In this document: positions 12,977 to 26,663 of the stretch, piece by piece
Layout: each line of letters opens with the position of its first letter
Position numbering within the stretch: position 1 is the stretch's first letter
Assembly (NCBI GenBank): GCA_051362555.1
Contig: CM120642.1
Span: forward strand, 16,616,001-16,680,000
From: Lingula anatina
Taxonomy: Eukaryota; Animalia; Brachiopoda
Direction of reading: 5' to 3'
Length of the DNA: 64,000 bases
The notes under the pieces: generated by a model
Told to the model about the DNA's origin: nothing
Databases searched by the model: none
Seen by the model: only the letters and a program-made list of their open reading frames with translations
Program-made: the position numbers and the translations under genes

Positions 12977-14303
12977 TGCAATATTGAGTTTTTATTTGGG
13001 TAGTGTAGTATACGTGATAATATGTATGCGTTTCAGGGAATGTAAGCGGTTGCACCCTTGCATGTAATGATTTTTTATGCTTGGCATGTGCGGAAACATT
13101 TGCGTAATAGGGTTTTCTGTGGCTGATCGTAAATCATTAAAATTACAGAGTCCGACGTTTACATTACGCTGCAGTTCTTGGTACATTGATCACTGTAAAA
13201 TGTATACATAGTCCTTTAAGTACTGTAAAGCAAGTCCCTCAATAAACGTATTTTGAAATTGGAAGAAATGTTGGCATATGATAGTTCGACGTGAAAATAA
13301 AGGTCAACACCCTCACACCTTCCCCCCCCCCCTCCCCCCAGTTAGGTTTTTCCGAAATTCTGCACATGCCTTGAACTTATTGATTTGAACTAAAGAACGA
13401 TAATGTAGAAAAACTGACGTCTCCAGAGATCGCCATTTGTTGTATCGGATTTCACTGTAATTCATGGGAAACAATAGGGGAGATACAAAGCTGCTTTTAA
13501 TGTCTTCTAGGCAAAATCGGGAATTTTATAGGATTTATGTGGTTATCAAAACAAGCCTAATTTTGTGTTTGATTTAATTATATCACTAAAGATGCGCTGG
13601 TTATTGTTCATAGTCATCGCCCCCTTTTAATAAAGATGCACGTAAAGCTAAACTCGTTGAAAATTCACTCTGATGCTCAAAATGGTTATCACACTCTCGA
13701 GAATAGGATTTTTTATAATGTATTACGTTCTAAAGCTATATTTATGTTGAAATTTTGGATTCTGTCTTCCCCACAGTGATCAATGACCATTTGACATACC
13801 TAGGTCAAATATGAGAACATGTTAACTGATGGCAGCTCCAAATTTAAGTTTTTAACTCAAAAGGGTGTGAGTGATATGCGAATAAATGATGGTATGTTGG
13901 CTATACAATGGGTGTTTTTGCCTTGCAATAAAGATGCAATCTGACCTCCACCAAACTATAGCTGAAGCCATGCCAGGACCGATGATATTGGTCTAAGGGA
14001 CCACATAGTTGCATTCAATGACATGGCCTCAAGAAATCCGACATTGACAGACGGCTTGCGCGGCGTTAAAAGGCTGTTATTAGAGTAGTCCAGAGGAGAA
14101 CTGTCAGCGACAATGTGGCTTCTGACAAATCCACAGGTCGACTCCGTGCCACTGACGCCCGTACTGACGCATCATCATCATCATCATCAACAATGCCATT
14201 GCTACTGAATTAGAGGCACATCATTTGCTCCCCCAAACTTTGAACTGAAGACTCTTCTAACATGGCTAAAGGGCTGGAAGGATGGTTAGGAAATATAACT
14301 TAA

Positions 14304-14680
14304 AGATGCATAAAAAGTCAATTTTTTGTCACAAAAACCAACCAAATGCCAGCATATAGTTTCAAGTAGTATAACTAAGAGAATTACCAAAAGGCATTGT
14401 TTAATTTTACCCGAAAATGATGTTTGAACGGATTTTTCTGCTGGCATTCTAAGCTGTATGTCAATGGGGCAGGAAAGTAGGTCACGAAAGTAGGTTAAAT
14501 TTACAACCAAAAATTTAAAGAAAGGAGCAGTCTAAAGGTCTTTTATGGTTGATCGAATGATCTATTCAGTTTATCCCTTGGCATGTCGAATTTATTTGAG
14601 TCATATAAGAATCTAGTAGAAGTGGTTTACATGTGTTACTGGGAATCCACGCTCCACCGATGCTCGGTTCGTATGAACCT
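14304..14680. mobile_element. Kolobok-like non-autonomous DNA element, copy 1 (copy 2 at 40658-41025)
   Basis: TTAA on both sides, AG...CT termini with short imperfect TIRs; closely similar dispersed second copy with the same boundaries. Confidence 0.75.
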
Positions 14681-16040
14681 TTAAGAGTAAGCATCGCGTG
14701 AATAGGATGGGCTAGGTAACGTAGGAAATATAGAAACTTCACAGTTGAGTATTGGAAAATGTGGTTTTCGCAAGTGAATCCAAATTCCTACTGTACCAAT
14801 GTGACAGCAGTCTGCGAATTCGTCGTTTTAATGTCAAAAAGATGTTTCAAGAAAATTAACAAGAAATCGAGGCCGCTGGATGCTGCTCTGTTTGGATGCC
14901 TTTTTGTTCCATTGGTGTCAGCCAATTGGTTCTTCTCGAAAAAAGGGTCAAAGCTGTGGCATACCATATATTACAAAATGACTTGATGACATTAACACAT
15001 GCAATATTCCAGGGCAACTTTCGCTTACGGCATTACAATGGTACCCCCATTATGCCAGCTTGGTAAGGGATTTTATTAGCAACAGTGTTGTTCTTTCAAT
15101 TAATAGGTCAACTGGATCACAGTTAACGAGTTATGACTTAGCTCGAATACAACATCTGATACATAAGCCTTTTCAGTAACTGGCATAATGGCAGCTTACT
15201 TTTGCATGCCAATTATTAACAGAGAGGCCAAACAGAAAACCCAGTCATTATCGTTTCATTTTATCTAGGAACGAGAGGGTGCGTGTTCCTGTAGACATTG
15301 TTTTGTGGCGTCGATTCCGGACGCTGAGCCCATACAATCATGATAAGCGTCTGTCGCTCATGCATGCCCCTATCTATTTCCTCTACGCGGTTGTAGATTA
15401 TGACGTCTACTTTGTCCAGATTTTTGAATTGAGAACATTTTGTGCTGTAAAATAGATACGTGCCTCTCTGTTTTAGAGAGCGGCGAGTTTGATTGTCTTT
15501 TAAGTGATTTCCAAATAAAATTGTTTTAATCTTTTTATTTATTTACTTTTTTCTGCCTTACATGCACACCGGGTTTTAACACCAAGGAAATATCGTGTCG
15601 ACCTTCCATAACGAATCTTGAGTTCCAGGTTATACAGGAAATGGATATAAATGAAACAATTGAGCAAAAAAGCTGAAGGTCGACCGTTGCCTCTCCAGAA
15701 AGATCCATTGAGGACCCGCTATCCAATTCAATATGTCAGGTCGGTGATTGACACAAACAAGCCAAACGGACACGATTGGGGGAGTATGAAAAGCCATTTT
15801 TATCTGATAAAATATGACAAATAAGAAATGATTGATCGCTTGCCAGGTTGTTGCATAGCGCCTGTGGACGGTTTACTGATTAGAGTCGGCTACTTATTGT
15901 GCAAATGTCAAAATGATTTACACTGTCCAGATGGACGTAAATCGTACAGATAATGTGAAATTGAAGAAAAGCTATTCAACAGCTTTGTCAATTAACTTTT
16001 ACCGATATATAGGCTGATAATCTCCTGCTGTAATGTCGGG

Positions 16041-16043
<3 letters not shown>

Positions 16044-16084
<41 letters not shown>
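16044..16084. repeat. (GT)n microsatellite
   Basis: Perfect TG run. Confidence 0.95.
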
Positions 16085-16087
<3 letters not shown>

Positions 16088-16911
16088 GGGGGGGGGTAGT
16101 AGAACGAGTCATACACTCCCGATTAGTTTTGGAAGTAGGCCTACATGTATCCCTTACTACCCCCTTCTTTGCAAGAAGAAAGAAAGAAAAGGAGCAAAAC
16201 GAGACTGAATAAAAAAAAAAGCAATTTGCCGTCCTTGTGCCATAAACAGTGCAGTAAAATTGTCATCGGAATTGATTTTATACCTGCTGAAGGGAGCGAA
16301 AATACCTTGTAATTATCTTAGGCCCATACCCCCCCCCCCCCTCCAGCCACACACACACAGAGGGCAAAAATCCTTGATTCGCAAGTGTTGTGTGCTTATT
16401 AGGTGCAGTGATGAAGAATAGCAATGTCTGGAGATAAAAGAGCACGCCATGCTATACGCCAGTGCAACGCTACGGCCAAAGGATGACGAGGATGACGAAT
16501 AGTGCAGATGTCAAAATAATAAATGATAATGATAAATAATATTTTTTTTAACTCTTAACTCCATTGTTAATGTTCAGCAGACATTACCTAAAAACAAGTA
16601 CTTAACAACACAAATACCAAGATCTGTAAAAATTAAAAGAATAATTTAGTAAGATTGAGATACTGTATAGAAAAAAGGGCATAATTTTCAGATTACACCA
16701 ATTCTATCATCAATATGGAAATTTCCATAAAACATTTTTTTAAACTCCTTTTAAAATTATCACTTTCTTCAATTGAGGGGATTTCATTTGGTAGCTTATC
16801 ACTTCCATTGGACCAGCTGACTTAAAAGAGATGCCCTTTTAAGTTTTAGACGCACATTTTCAGGTTTTAGTAACAGGTGAGCTACTGATGGCAAGGTGCT
16901 GGCCTGAATTA

Positions 16912-17347
16912 CCTCTCCCAGGGCGGCAGATATTATAGGCACATTTTCCACAGGCCACCCTGTTCCTTTTGGCCAGATGGAAGCAATTAAATCTGCACGT
17001 GCGTAGATGACATTGTACCCGCTCTACAGGGAGCTCTTACAGAAGATTCCTCAGTTAGCTTCAATATGAAGTAACAAGCTATTCAGAAGGGATTCTGATT
17101 CTCATCTGTCGCAAAAGAGCAAGTGATTAGAATTCAGAGTAATATAAACTGTCTTGATTGTTGTCTGGGGGACTTAGTAGTGCATAGTAATGTGGCAATT
17201 CCTGAGAAGTTATGCGAACAATAACCAGCCATGTAATGAACCTAGAGATTTCAGAGCAGGGTCGAAGTTAAAAGATTGACCATATTTAGCCAGAGACGTA
17301 ATTTGTGAATATCTAGTGAAAAATCAACCAGTGGACCAGGAAGATGG
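16912..17347. mobile_element. TA-flanked CCC...GGG-terminus non-autonomous DNA element (family also at ~23215-23462, 38482-38613, ~38830-39225)
   Basis: Degenerate TIR of consensus CCCTCTACCAGGGC; internal sequence and 3' motif GAATATCTAGTGAAAAATCAA shared with the other copies. Confidence 0.65.
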
Positions 17348-17369
17348 TATGGTAGGAATTAATATGGTG

Positions 17370-18100
17370 AACAACTTGTTCGTTTAAGTTAGTCGATGCC
17401 ACTTTATCAAAGGCATCATAGACAAAAACTAGGAAATTGAATAAAAACGTTGCTTGGAGTGTCAGCCAGTGCATTTCTTTTAAAACTGGTGTGATGTTAT
17501 TTTCCATAGACGTACGAGTTAATAATCTAGCGGAAATGTTCTGTATATGTTGTATTTTTTATCTGTTTCTTATGACATCCATATTAAAGAGAGTTGCGAT
17601 AATCCAATTTAAAAGTTACCAAAGAATGTATGACAGTAGCTGTGGCAGACTCTGAAAGGTGACTACAAATTGCACCAAAGTTCTTAATGTTATGTACTGC
17701 AAACTTGCATACGCCATAGTAAATTGCTTGTTCATGAGAAGTGCCCTATCTATAAAAACGCTTTTTTGCGTGGGACTTTGCCTTAATGATACTGGCTCTA
17801 ATATTTGATTCCAATTTTCTCTGATATTTTCTGGTTGTGTGACTGGGTTATAACTAGAAGTTCAGACTTTCAATCGTTGATTTTCAGCTTATTTCTTATC
17901 AAATTTAAACAATCCACATGGAAGTCAATTGTACAGATAAAAGTGAACCTGGAACGAAATCTGGCAATGTCAATTAATTTCTATGGGGCGATAAACTGCT
18001 GCATCTGTCTTCACTCACGGGGATGCACATTGCAATCTTCAGTAATGATTGCCCAAGGTTTCTTAATCTTCGTCTCTGCCAGATGATTTAAGGCCGCATT
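17370..18100 (-). mobile_element. Decayed L2/CR1-group LINE ORF2 C-terminal fragment
   Basis: Translation NITPVLKEMHWL...FLVFVYDAF...LNE resembles the HITPVLxxLHWLP...K.L...YK motif; upstream LDYRNSL resembles LDYCNSL; many stops/frameshifts; extent approximate. Confidence 0.6.
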
Positions 18101-20489
18101 CAACGCCCTGAATTTCAAAGGTTCCTGGAAACTCACCTTAATACCATCAGTAAGACTCTGCCCTTTCTATTATCCAGCTCCAATGCAATTATAATTTCAG
18201 TCCATTTAAGGGTTAAGTACATTTTAAAGCACGTGGTCCATATTTCTCTCAAGCTTGGTTTAGAGCAAGTCGCCCGATTGATTGCATTATTTGAGACAGG
18301 GTATAGAATGAAGCTACAATTTAGGGGGGATGGTCAAGGGAGTTCGCACTTAAGTAAAACGAATATAATGACAAACGCTTGTAATTATACAGATTAGTGA
18401 AACTGTTTATTTGATAATAAAAATTTTGACCTAATTTACTCCAAAACGGATTTACAATATCAACTCGATCTTTTTCCCCTAGTACTGTAATGATTGGAAT
18501 TTTGAATCAAGTCAATGCTGGAAAGATATGTGTACCAGAAAAGTGATAATTTTTAGGTCGCATTCCAAACAACTTTTAATTAAAATTGTAATACTGGTGG
18601 ACAAAATGAAGAAATTGTAAAAAAAATGAAAATTTTAAGATTATGATTTTCTTCATCGATAGAATCAATGGAAAGCAATAAAGTCTGCAAAGACAATGCA
18701 ATATTTAAACGAGGTTTCATTTTTGAGTGTTACGGATCAACTGAATGTTTTCGGCCAAATGAATGTGCACATGGTTCTGTAAGGTTGTGAAATATGGGGT
18801 TTTAATATATTGATATTGAAAAGGTGCAATCATTTTTATACACGCTGACATCGATTATCAAACGTAGCACACAGAAAATTTATAATATAAAAGTGAAAAA
18901 TGTATATATTGTCAGCAGTTTCTTGGAGCTAACGTCGAATTGGCTTCCTTCTAACAGGACGTTATTTCGGTTTGACGCTTTTCCTTGATTGAGGTTAAAA
19001 ATTGTTCAAGAACTTTAGGTCAGGGTCACGCAATCCCATAGGCGGTTGTTTGCGTCTTCTATAAATTTGTGCCCCTGGGTCTTGAAATTAATAATTTCTA
19101 TAATATTTCCAAAATGAAACTTGCATTCGAAGACATGATATCCTCTGCTTGGAGAATGTTCTGAATGTGTACATGTTACAAAAATATAATCTGTTATTGT
19201 ACGCGGAAGTTCAAGTAGCGTCACGTCACATTTTGACTGCAAATTCCAATTAAGTATAGCATCTTGTTAATGGCAGTCCATTGTCAACTCAGTCAGTCAC
19301 CCTTCCCGGCAGCTGAGCCTGATATTTGGCGTGATATTTTCGCGTGGTTGAATACGTGAGCAAATGTACTTAGTAAGTGGTTCAGACTTCACTGAAAGCG
19401 GCAGGTTTATGTGTTAGAAGTGACTGGCATTCTAATTAAGACAATATATTTTAATGACAGCACACCGTCTATCACAGAAACATCTTAAACTGATATTTCG
19501 AGCACCTGCTTTAATTCCGCAATTGAGCTTGGCACTGATGTTCATATTGTGATATGTGAATAACTGGTCAATGGCAGTGTTCATCTGTTATTAATCTGCT
19601 CGTGTTGTGAGTGGCAGTTATCTCTATTGAATAAAAATCACACACTGCCCACACCTTTTTAAATAGTGTTCACCTCTCAGTAAGCCATTTAATTGCATTG
19701 GTGCCATAAGCTATAAGTGATGCATATTTAAATGACAATTATGTATGTGATAAAAATACAGACTTGACATTTAACGTGGAATAATATTTCAGTTTCAAAG
19801 GTATGCCTAAATAAAAATGCATTCTTTTTTTTTTCAACAAACCCGGATCTCACATAAGATATGTGAATGAAAAAGTAATAAGTCAGGTGTGTCACTATCA
19901 ATCAATTAACCAGCATGTCTGTAGCACTGTTGCATTGCGTAATATGCAGTGATTTACATGTAATATGGTAGTGCACTTTAGGCTGGTCATAGCATGGCTT
20001 TGAGGAAGCATGGTTCTGTCCAAAAAGTCTCCATATTTCGATAACGCCTGCATAGAAGAATTTGAAAATTTCCATAAAAGTGTCCGATTTTGCGTTGCGT
20101 ACACTGAGTGTAGCAATGCTTCACAGCATAGTGACTCTGTGCCAGAATGGCGCGAAAAAGACAGACACTGCCAGACAGATTATTGTGGCATACGAAACGG
20201 TCGGCACACTTTTACAGAGCTGTGCTCAGTTTGATATACTACACAGAGACCACGCCCGATATGTCCATATATTACCACCAGGATACAGAATTCACTACCC
20301 TTACGGATATGCTTCTACATCTAGCATCTACAAAAACCACCCAATTAAATAGTATCGCTCGTAGAGTGACTAAGGGCACTGACAGCAGCAATATTTAGAG
20401 TGGAATTCACATTGGTATCAAAACACTAATGGCTGCTTTCGATGGAAATCTTAACCAATCAAAGAGAAGGTAAATATTGATAACTATAT

Positions 20490-20640
20490 GTAGCAATGCT
20501 ACCAGTATATGGGGAATTGGGTAGGACAGATTTAGGTATTTCTAAAAATACAAGAAATGTATCATTTGGTGTATATATATTTCTTACAACTTATGTACAA
20601 AAATTCTCAAATAGACAGGAAACGAAGTGGATACATAACT
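20490..20640 (+). mobile_element. Possible decayed LINE ORF2 C-terminal remnant
   Basis: VYGELGR motif, typical of the C-terminus of some invertebrate LINE ORF2s; little else recognisable. Confidence 0.35.
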
Positions 20641-22270
20641 TGAAATCTATCTTGAATAATTTCACATCTAGTATTATTTTTCCAAAAAATATACGATACG
20701 ACGTGGTTGAAAACAAAAAGAAAAACAGAATTAGTTGCAAAATGCAACGATATGTTCGAATTTCTACTGATTTAAAATTTCCAACTTACCCAAATAAAAT
20801 ATATCTTTTTAAAAATAATATATTTTATTGAAGATACGGCTCGTCTCTTTCTGGGCAAACGTTGCCAAAATTGCTTTAAAAACCACAAAATTTAGTAACC
20901 TAGGCCAAAAATTATGATTCGATCATCCTGATTTTCGATAGGAACCAGCATGTTTACCAAAGCCACTCATTAAGTTTGAACTAAATCAAAAATACGGTTA
21001 TAGGATGGACAATAAGTGTGTTGAACAGAAAAGGCAATGACGCGGCACCCAGATTCAGATATCTATTCATTAATACTGGGTCACAGATTTTCTTCAGTAG
21101 ATATTATTCACAGGTATGTCTCTGGCTTATTCATGACATTCATTGTCTACTGTGACCCTGTTGTCAAATCTGAAGGGTAATTCAAGTTATGCAGACTCTC
21201 ACAGTGTCTGTATATAAAAACGAACAATATCGATCTTGGGTGTTTGCGGGTTCAGTCTACTGCAGCAGTTAAAATATTCTTTTCAACCACAGCAGCTGTG
21301 CGGGTTTCGAGTCTCTCTTCTAAATGCTATTATGTCTCATGTTTTATCGTTCATACGATATTTGTAATGAACTTAGATTAGAAAAATCGCTCGTTTCAAA
21401 GCTATTATAAAAATCATTCAACTTGGCACCAAATGGAGCTGTAAACGAAGAACAACTAACTCGTCATTTTGTATCGCGTGAGTTTATCAATCGCTGCTCA
21501 CAATAAAGAAAGGGATTGGTCCATAAAATCCCACGTGCACATCCTGGCTGGAAAGTAATCTCTGAGCACTGGGGGCGATTGTAGCAACTTACAAAATTAT
21601 TGTTTCCGATATGGCCTCTAGAAAAGTCTATAAAGTTGAAGAGGAGGACCCTGTGGGATATCACCCAAGCTGTCTACTCTTATGTAACTACCCCTACCCT
21701 TCCTGCCTCTTCCTCAATTCTGTATATTTTTATGAAGTCCCCTGTGAAATTAAAGGATAAATGGAAAGTATTGAAAAAACTCCGCCGTGTGCTGCACCCC
21801 CCCCCCCCTCCCCCCGCACTGGGAACCGTAACTTTGACAAAGCATGGTAGGAAGTCATCGTCCCAATAACCATTATATAGTAATATAGTAAGAAGATAGG
21901 CAAACAATTTTAATTACAAATATTAGTGTAAACCCCACAAACGTGACCATAGACAATATTTTTTTAAAAACAACGATAAGTGAGGTTCTTATGCCGCTAA
22001 AACTTTTATTACAGTGCATTTGCCAGGGGCACCGTGCGGTGAAACCGTATACGATTTTTTTCTGCATCATAAGTGGCTACATTTGGATTTCGCGTGTATG
22101 CCGTGCCATTTACCCTTAAAGTCATGTAGGGACTATCCAGTTGTCGGTTGGAAAATGATCGTATGGAGATCTATCATGAATTCAGTGCAGTTGCCCTACC
22201 CTTCCATGCGGCTTCCTTGAAGATCGATACGTTGTCGGCACAGCCCCATCTTTACTATTGTTAACTAAAA

Positions 22271-22549
22271 CAGGGGCGGATTTAAAGGGGGGGGGGGTCA
22301 GAAGTCTTGCCCCCCCCCCCCCCCCCCCTTCGATTTCTGGTCCCCTCTTAAAGTTAGAATTTTGGCTTGCTGAATCATAGTTCTAAACTGTACCATATCT
22401 TGAAATGGCATCGTTCGCCCTCAAAAACACCATGGGCCGTTCAGCGGGCCCCGAACCCCACGCCAAGTGTGTGTGTGTGGAGGGGGGGGGGGTCGGCTTC
22501 GCATCCGCAGACCCCCCCCCCCTTTCAAATAATCCTGGATCCGCCAAGG
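22271..22549. mobile_element. GC-rich hAT-type MITE remnant
   Basis: CAGGGGCGGAT...GGATCCGCC termini with internal poly-G/poly-C tracts; no clear TSD. Confidence 0.45.
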
Positions 22550-23214
22550 TGAAAAACCACCAAAGATGGAAAAAAAGAGCCCAACAAAGGTTCAAACATT
22601 ATCAAGATCACCGCAAGTCCACCGATTCCGAACAATGCCCTTTCAGGAAATGTGTGATCTCATCTTCGGTAATACTGCGGTCTATGGGCTAACGATTTTC
22701 AAAATTTGTCAAAAGTTTCAGCTTGACAAAATTGTAGAGGCTACGGAGGTCACGGCCACCGTCTGCCTCCGCCCAGCCGCACAAAAAGGGTTTACGGGCA
22801 GTGTCCATGGGCGTGCAACGTACAGGTACGTACATCGCATGGCCAATGTAATCAAGGCTTGATCTAGTCTAAAGGGCAGAATATAAGGTTTCTTTCGCAA
22901 GTTTCAGTTTTATTCTGTTGGGATATTATCATCAAGTTAAATGTTAAAGAAATAGCTGTGTTGTCGACGTCCTTACACTTCCTCTAATGCAGATAAAGGG
23001 TTCTATATCCGATATTAACATTTTTCCTTTTTTCATTATGGTAGCTTTGTGTGGTTTTTTAGTTTTCTGTGCTTTTTAGTTTTATTGACGACCCAGAACG
23101 AGTACAGCAAATCAAGCAATTAAGGTCTGAGCGGATTAACTGCCGTGCTTGCATTCAGATGGTTCTTGCGAACTGGCAGTGCGTGCCCTGCCAATAATTA
23201 CCTACCTTGTAATT

Positions 23215-23462
23215 ACCCTTGAGATTTCAAAACAGGGTTAAAGTGGAGAATTGTGTCACGAATTAGCCAGAGACAGATATCTGTGAATATCTGGTGAAAA
23301 ATCAATCGGTGACCCTGATAGAGGGTACCCTCTACCAGGGCCGCAGTTAATATTGTGGACACTTTTTGCTGAATCTGACATCAGACCAAAATGACTGTCT
23401 ATTTATCTAGAGACATATCTGTGAATATCTGTGGAAAATAAATCTGTCGCCCTGGTAGAGGG
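23215..23462. mobile_element. Two tandem copies of the CCC...GGG/TA family sharing one TA (right end of one copy to 23325; complete 135-bp copy 23328-23462)
   Basis: ...GACCCTGATAGAGGG-TA-CCCTCTACCAGGGC...GCCCTGGTAGAGGG-TA; left end of first copy not located. Confidence 0.75.
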
Positions 23463-24406
23463 TAGATAGAGAGTACTAAACATGCAAGGGCTGCAAAGTT
23501 GACAAACGAAGTGCCCGGACATGCGCTGTATCTATTTCATACGAAACGAACAAAACACGTTGAATCTCTCCCACACGTAAACGAAGGTCACACCACGTTG
23601 TTACACCACATCTGGGCCCTTTGCTTCCGGCATTCGCACCCGTGTGCACGTAAGTCTCTCTACGAGTCATACTATTTGCTGCCTCGAGGCGCGTCTACAG
23701 CACGCCATGAACTGTGCACGTGGTGTCTCTGACTTAATGCACAAGGGACGCCGGGAGCAAATAAGACACTGTTAAGGATCATAGCTGTAACACAACACCA
23801 CATCTCAGACATCAAGATATCAAATCAAAATGAAAATTGCATATGGAAGTCATTTAATGCAAAAAATCTTACACTATAACATACCGGCAGCAACACACTT
23901 ATATATGTCTTCCTGATGGAAGTCATTCAATGCAAATAATCTTACACTATAACATAGCGTCACACTTCTATCTGTCCTCCTATAACATGTAAAAATGTAT
24001 TGGTCCACTGAGCTGTGTAGACCTATGGCACTTTAAAAGGTGTAATAATATATATAGAATAATTTGACATAAATACAAGAGCTATGTAAACCTATGGCAC
24101 TTGAAAAGGTGCAATAAAATATGGAAGATATAACATTATAATCATATTAAATACATTCAATTACATTATATCATACTTCAATAAAACTGAATTGATTACA
24201 AAAGAGAGTCCTTGTATATATATATAAATATAAAAAGCTCTCAAAATTGTAAATATCTCTCTGTGTTGCTATCAAAAGTTGTATAGCACCCAATAAAAAT
24301 ATCCACAAAGAAAATTTTGTTAACAGGTATGACACTCTTCTTCCAAACCATCCTGTAATAAATCACTTTGATTATCCCTTGCATTACCTTCACCGAAGCT
24401 TTTATA

Positions 24407-24653
24407 TGCTGGGTTCCCATGCCTAGATCAATCCATCTGGATTGGTCTAACTCCCTGGGGAGTCTCACTAAATTGTTATCAACTTAACCAGCTAAAATGT
24501 CTGTCACGCCTACCGAATCAGCTAGGGGGTAAGGTAATTACCCCCTAACAGCTTTACTTGGTGTAACAGGTATTTGAGCTGGCCAAGTTGATAGCATTTT
24601 AGTGAAACTCCCCAGGGAGTTAGACCAAGCCAAATATCTGTGGGAATGGTCCC
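24407..24653. mobile_element. Harbinger-like MITE (same family as 1767-1980, 31181-31398, 36241-36486)
   Basis: Reverse-orientation homolog of 36241-36486; internal CTCCCTGGGGAGTCTCACT inverted repeats; TTA on right flank. Confidence 0.8.
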
Positions 24654-24662
24654 TTAATCATA

Positions 24663-24922
24663 TATGTAACTTAGTTGTCATGGCGAATGATCTTCATTGG
24701 CTAAGCTGATTGTCACATTCTTCCGTGTTGGGCATTTTTGATTATGTGCTGTGAATACCCTTGTTTCATCCACTCTTATTAATTGCTGAACTTATGTAAC
24801 TTAGTTGTCTTGGAGAATGATCTTCATTGGCTAAGCTGATTGTCACATTCTTCCATGTTGGGCATTTTTGATTATGTGCTGTGAATACCCATGTTTCAGC
24901 CACTCTTACTAATTGTTTAACT
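24663..24922. repeat. 130-bp tandem duplication overlapping the stop codon of the leftmost GT54 gene
   Basis: TATGTAACTTAGTTGTC at 24663 and 24793; second unit includes the last codons and stop. Confidence 0.9.
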
Positions 24923-26612
24923 TTCCCTCTCTAAAATATATATCGTAAGCCTTGAAAGGTCCCTGCTTGGATTTTTCACTGGAAGAAGACCAAATTCCTT
25001 TATGCTGAAAAAGTGACTTCCTGTTATAAATATGCCTTGTTTGAGTCACTGAACTTAGAAAATAATTAATTAGCCAATCACATGGTTGCTCGTCATAAAA
25101 TAAGATCAAATATCTTGCAAGTTTATCTAGGACACCCGACTTGAAAAGCTTTCCTATGAATCCGAGAAGAGAAAATTCTAAACAAACCCATGGGTTTTTG
25201 TAATTTTTCAGAATAAAGGCACGTATGTCTTTCACGAATCCAAACGCTGGCATAACATCGTCCTCTATTTGAATGTAGTATTCTGAAATATTTCTTCCAT
25301 AGAAAAACATGAACGCATAGTCCACATTTTGCTTTGATCTCCATGCAACCTGATTTGGCGGATCATTATAATTCCTTTTTAAATTTGTTAATGGTGGGTA
25401 ATATTTCTCTGGAACTTGCATAACTAATATAAATCCACTGTTCATGTAGTCACCATATCTGGCACTGATATTTTTCAAAACGGCAGCATTATAGTCTGTA
25501 TCAAAATTAGCCAAAAACACCAGAAGAACAATACTCTCTTTCTCTTTTTGTGTTGTCCTGCTGACAATATATTGTATAGTCTGCAACAGGTACTCAGCCC
25601 CCCGTGCTCGTTTGATAGATGGAATACCAATGGTGAGAAAACCTGAAAGATTACAGTTCAAATAAGTTAACATCAGATTTCACAAAAATCAATTATGACA
25701 AGAATATTTGGAAACAAATTTTCCATTACATATGATTCAAATGGTATCGAAGTCCCTGAAGCAATATTATGCCAAAATTTTTGTCTTGTTTTCTGTTAAA
25801 TTGAACTGCTGTAGTGGAAAAGCCGAGTGTTTTAACGACCTAACATGCAGGTGTTTCAGGATATGAAACCACTGACTTAAGTTTAGCGTTGTCTCATTTC
25901 TGCATGAAACCGAATTCTGCTGAACTGCACACGTTGGTCCAAATTACAGGCATGTAAATGCTTGCCCTAGATTTCATCAGAAGCCATTAGAGTAGCTGGC
26001 AGGAAAACATTCTGAGGAACTGAGCAATGAAGTGTTTCACCCAAAACTTAAGTGTCTCCCAAATTTTCCTAATCATAAGCAGGAAGCCTTAGTTTTTAAT
26101 ATTTTAAGGGGACCTTGCTCAACTCAAGCTGTACCTAAAGATTGTGTTTGCAAAGTCTCATACAGTCTGAGTGTAAGGAGTGGTGCTAGTTCACGTATTT
26201 AAACCTTGAAGATGCTACACATTACCATTCAAATAAGTGAAGCACCAGAGAGCGGCCCCACAACAGTTAATAAGTTGAAAATGTCAGCGGAAGAAGCTCC
26301 CAAAGTGACAAAAGGATGCAAATACCATTCAAGTGAATAACTAACAGCCCACGAGGAAATATACGGTAAGTATAGTTTCACTATGGAGGATGTAAATAAA
26401 GGATATGAAAGAACTAAACTGTCGACTGCAACTATTCTGTTTCACACTGACAACTTGGTGTTGCAATTGCAGCAGGAAGATTATATTACTTTTCTAACTT
26501 TCAGGAAAATTACCTCTTTTCTGTCTCCATCTGCCTGCAACTTGGACACTTCCAAGATCAAGGACGTTCCATCGTGAATGTATCAAGTTATCCACAGAGT
26601 TCTATTTATATG

Positions 26613-26663
<51 letters not shown>

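Noticed and set aside
19380-19750. LINE endonuclease remnant (TAIDQLFT-like) on minus strand
   Set aside because: Too degenerate to support as a feature
19898-20398. Overlapping short ORFs as a gene
   Set aside because: No recognisable domain or consistent splice structure
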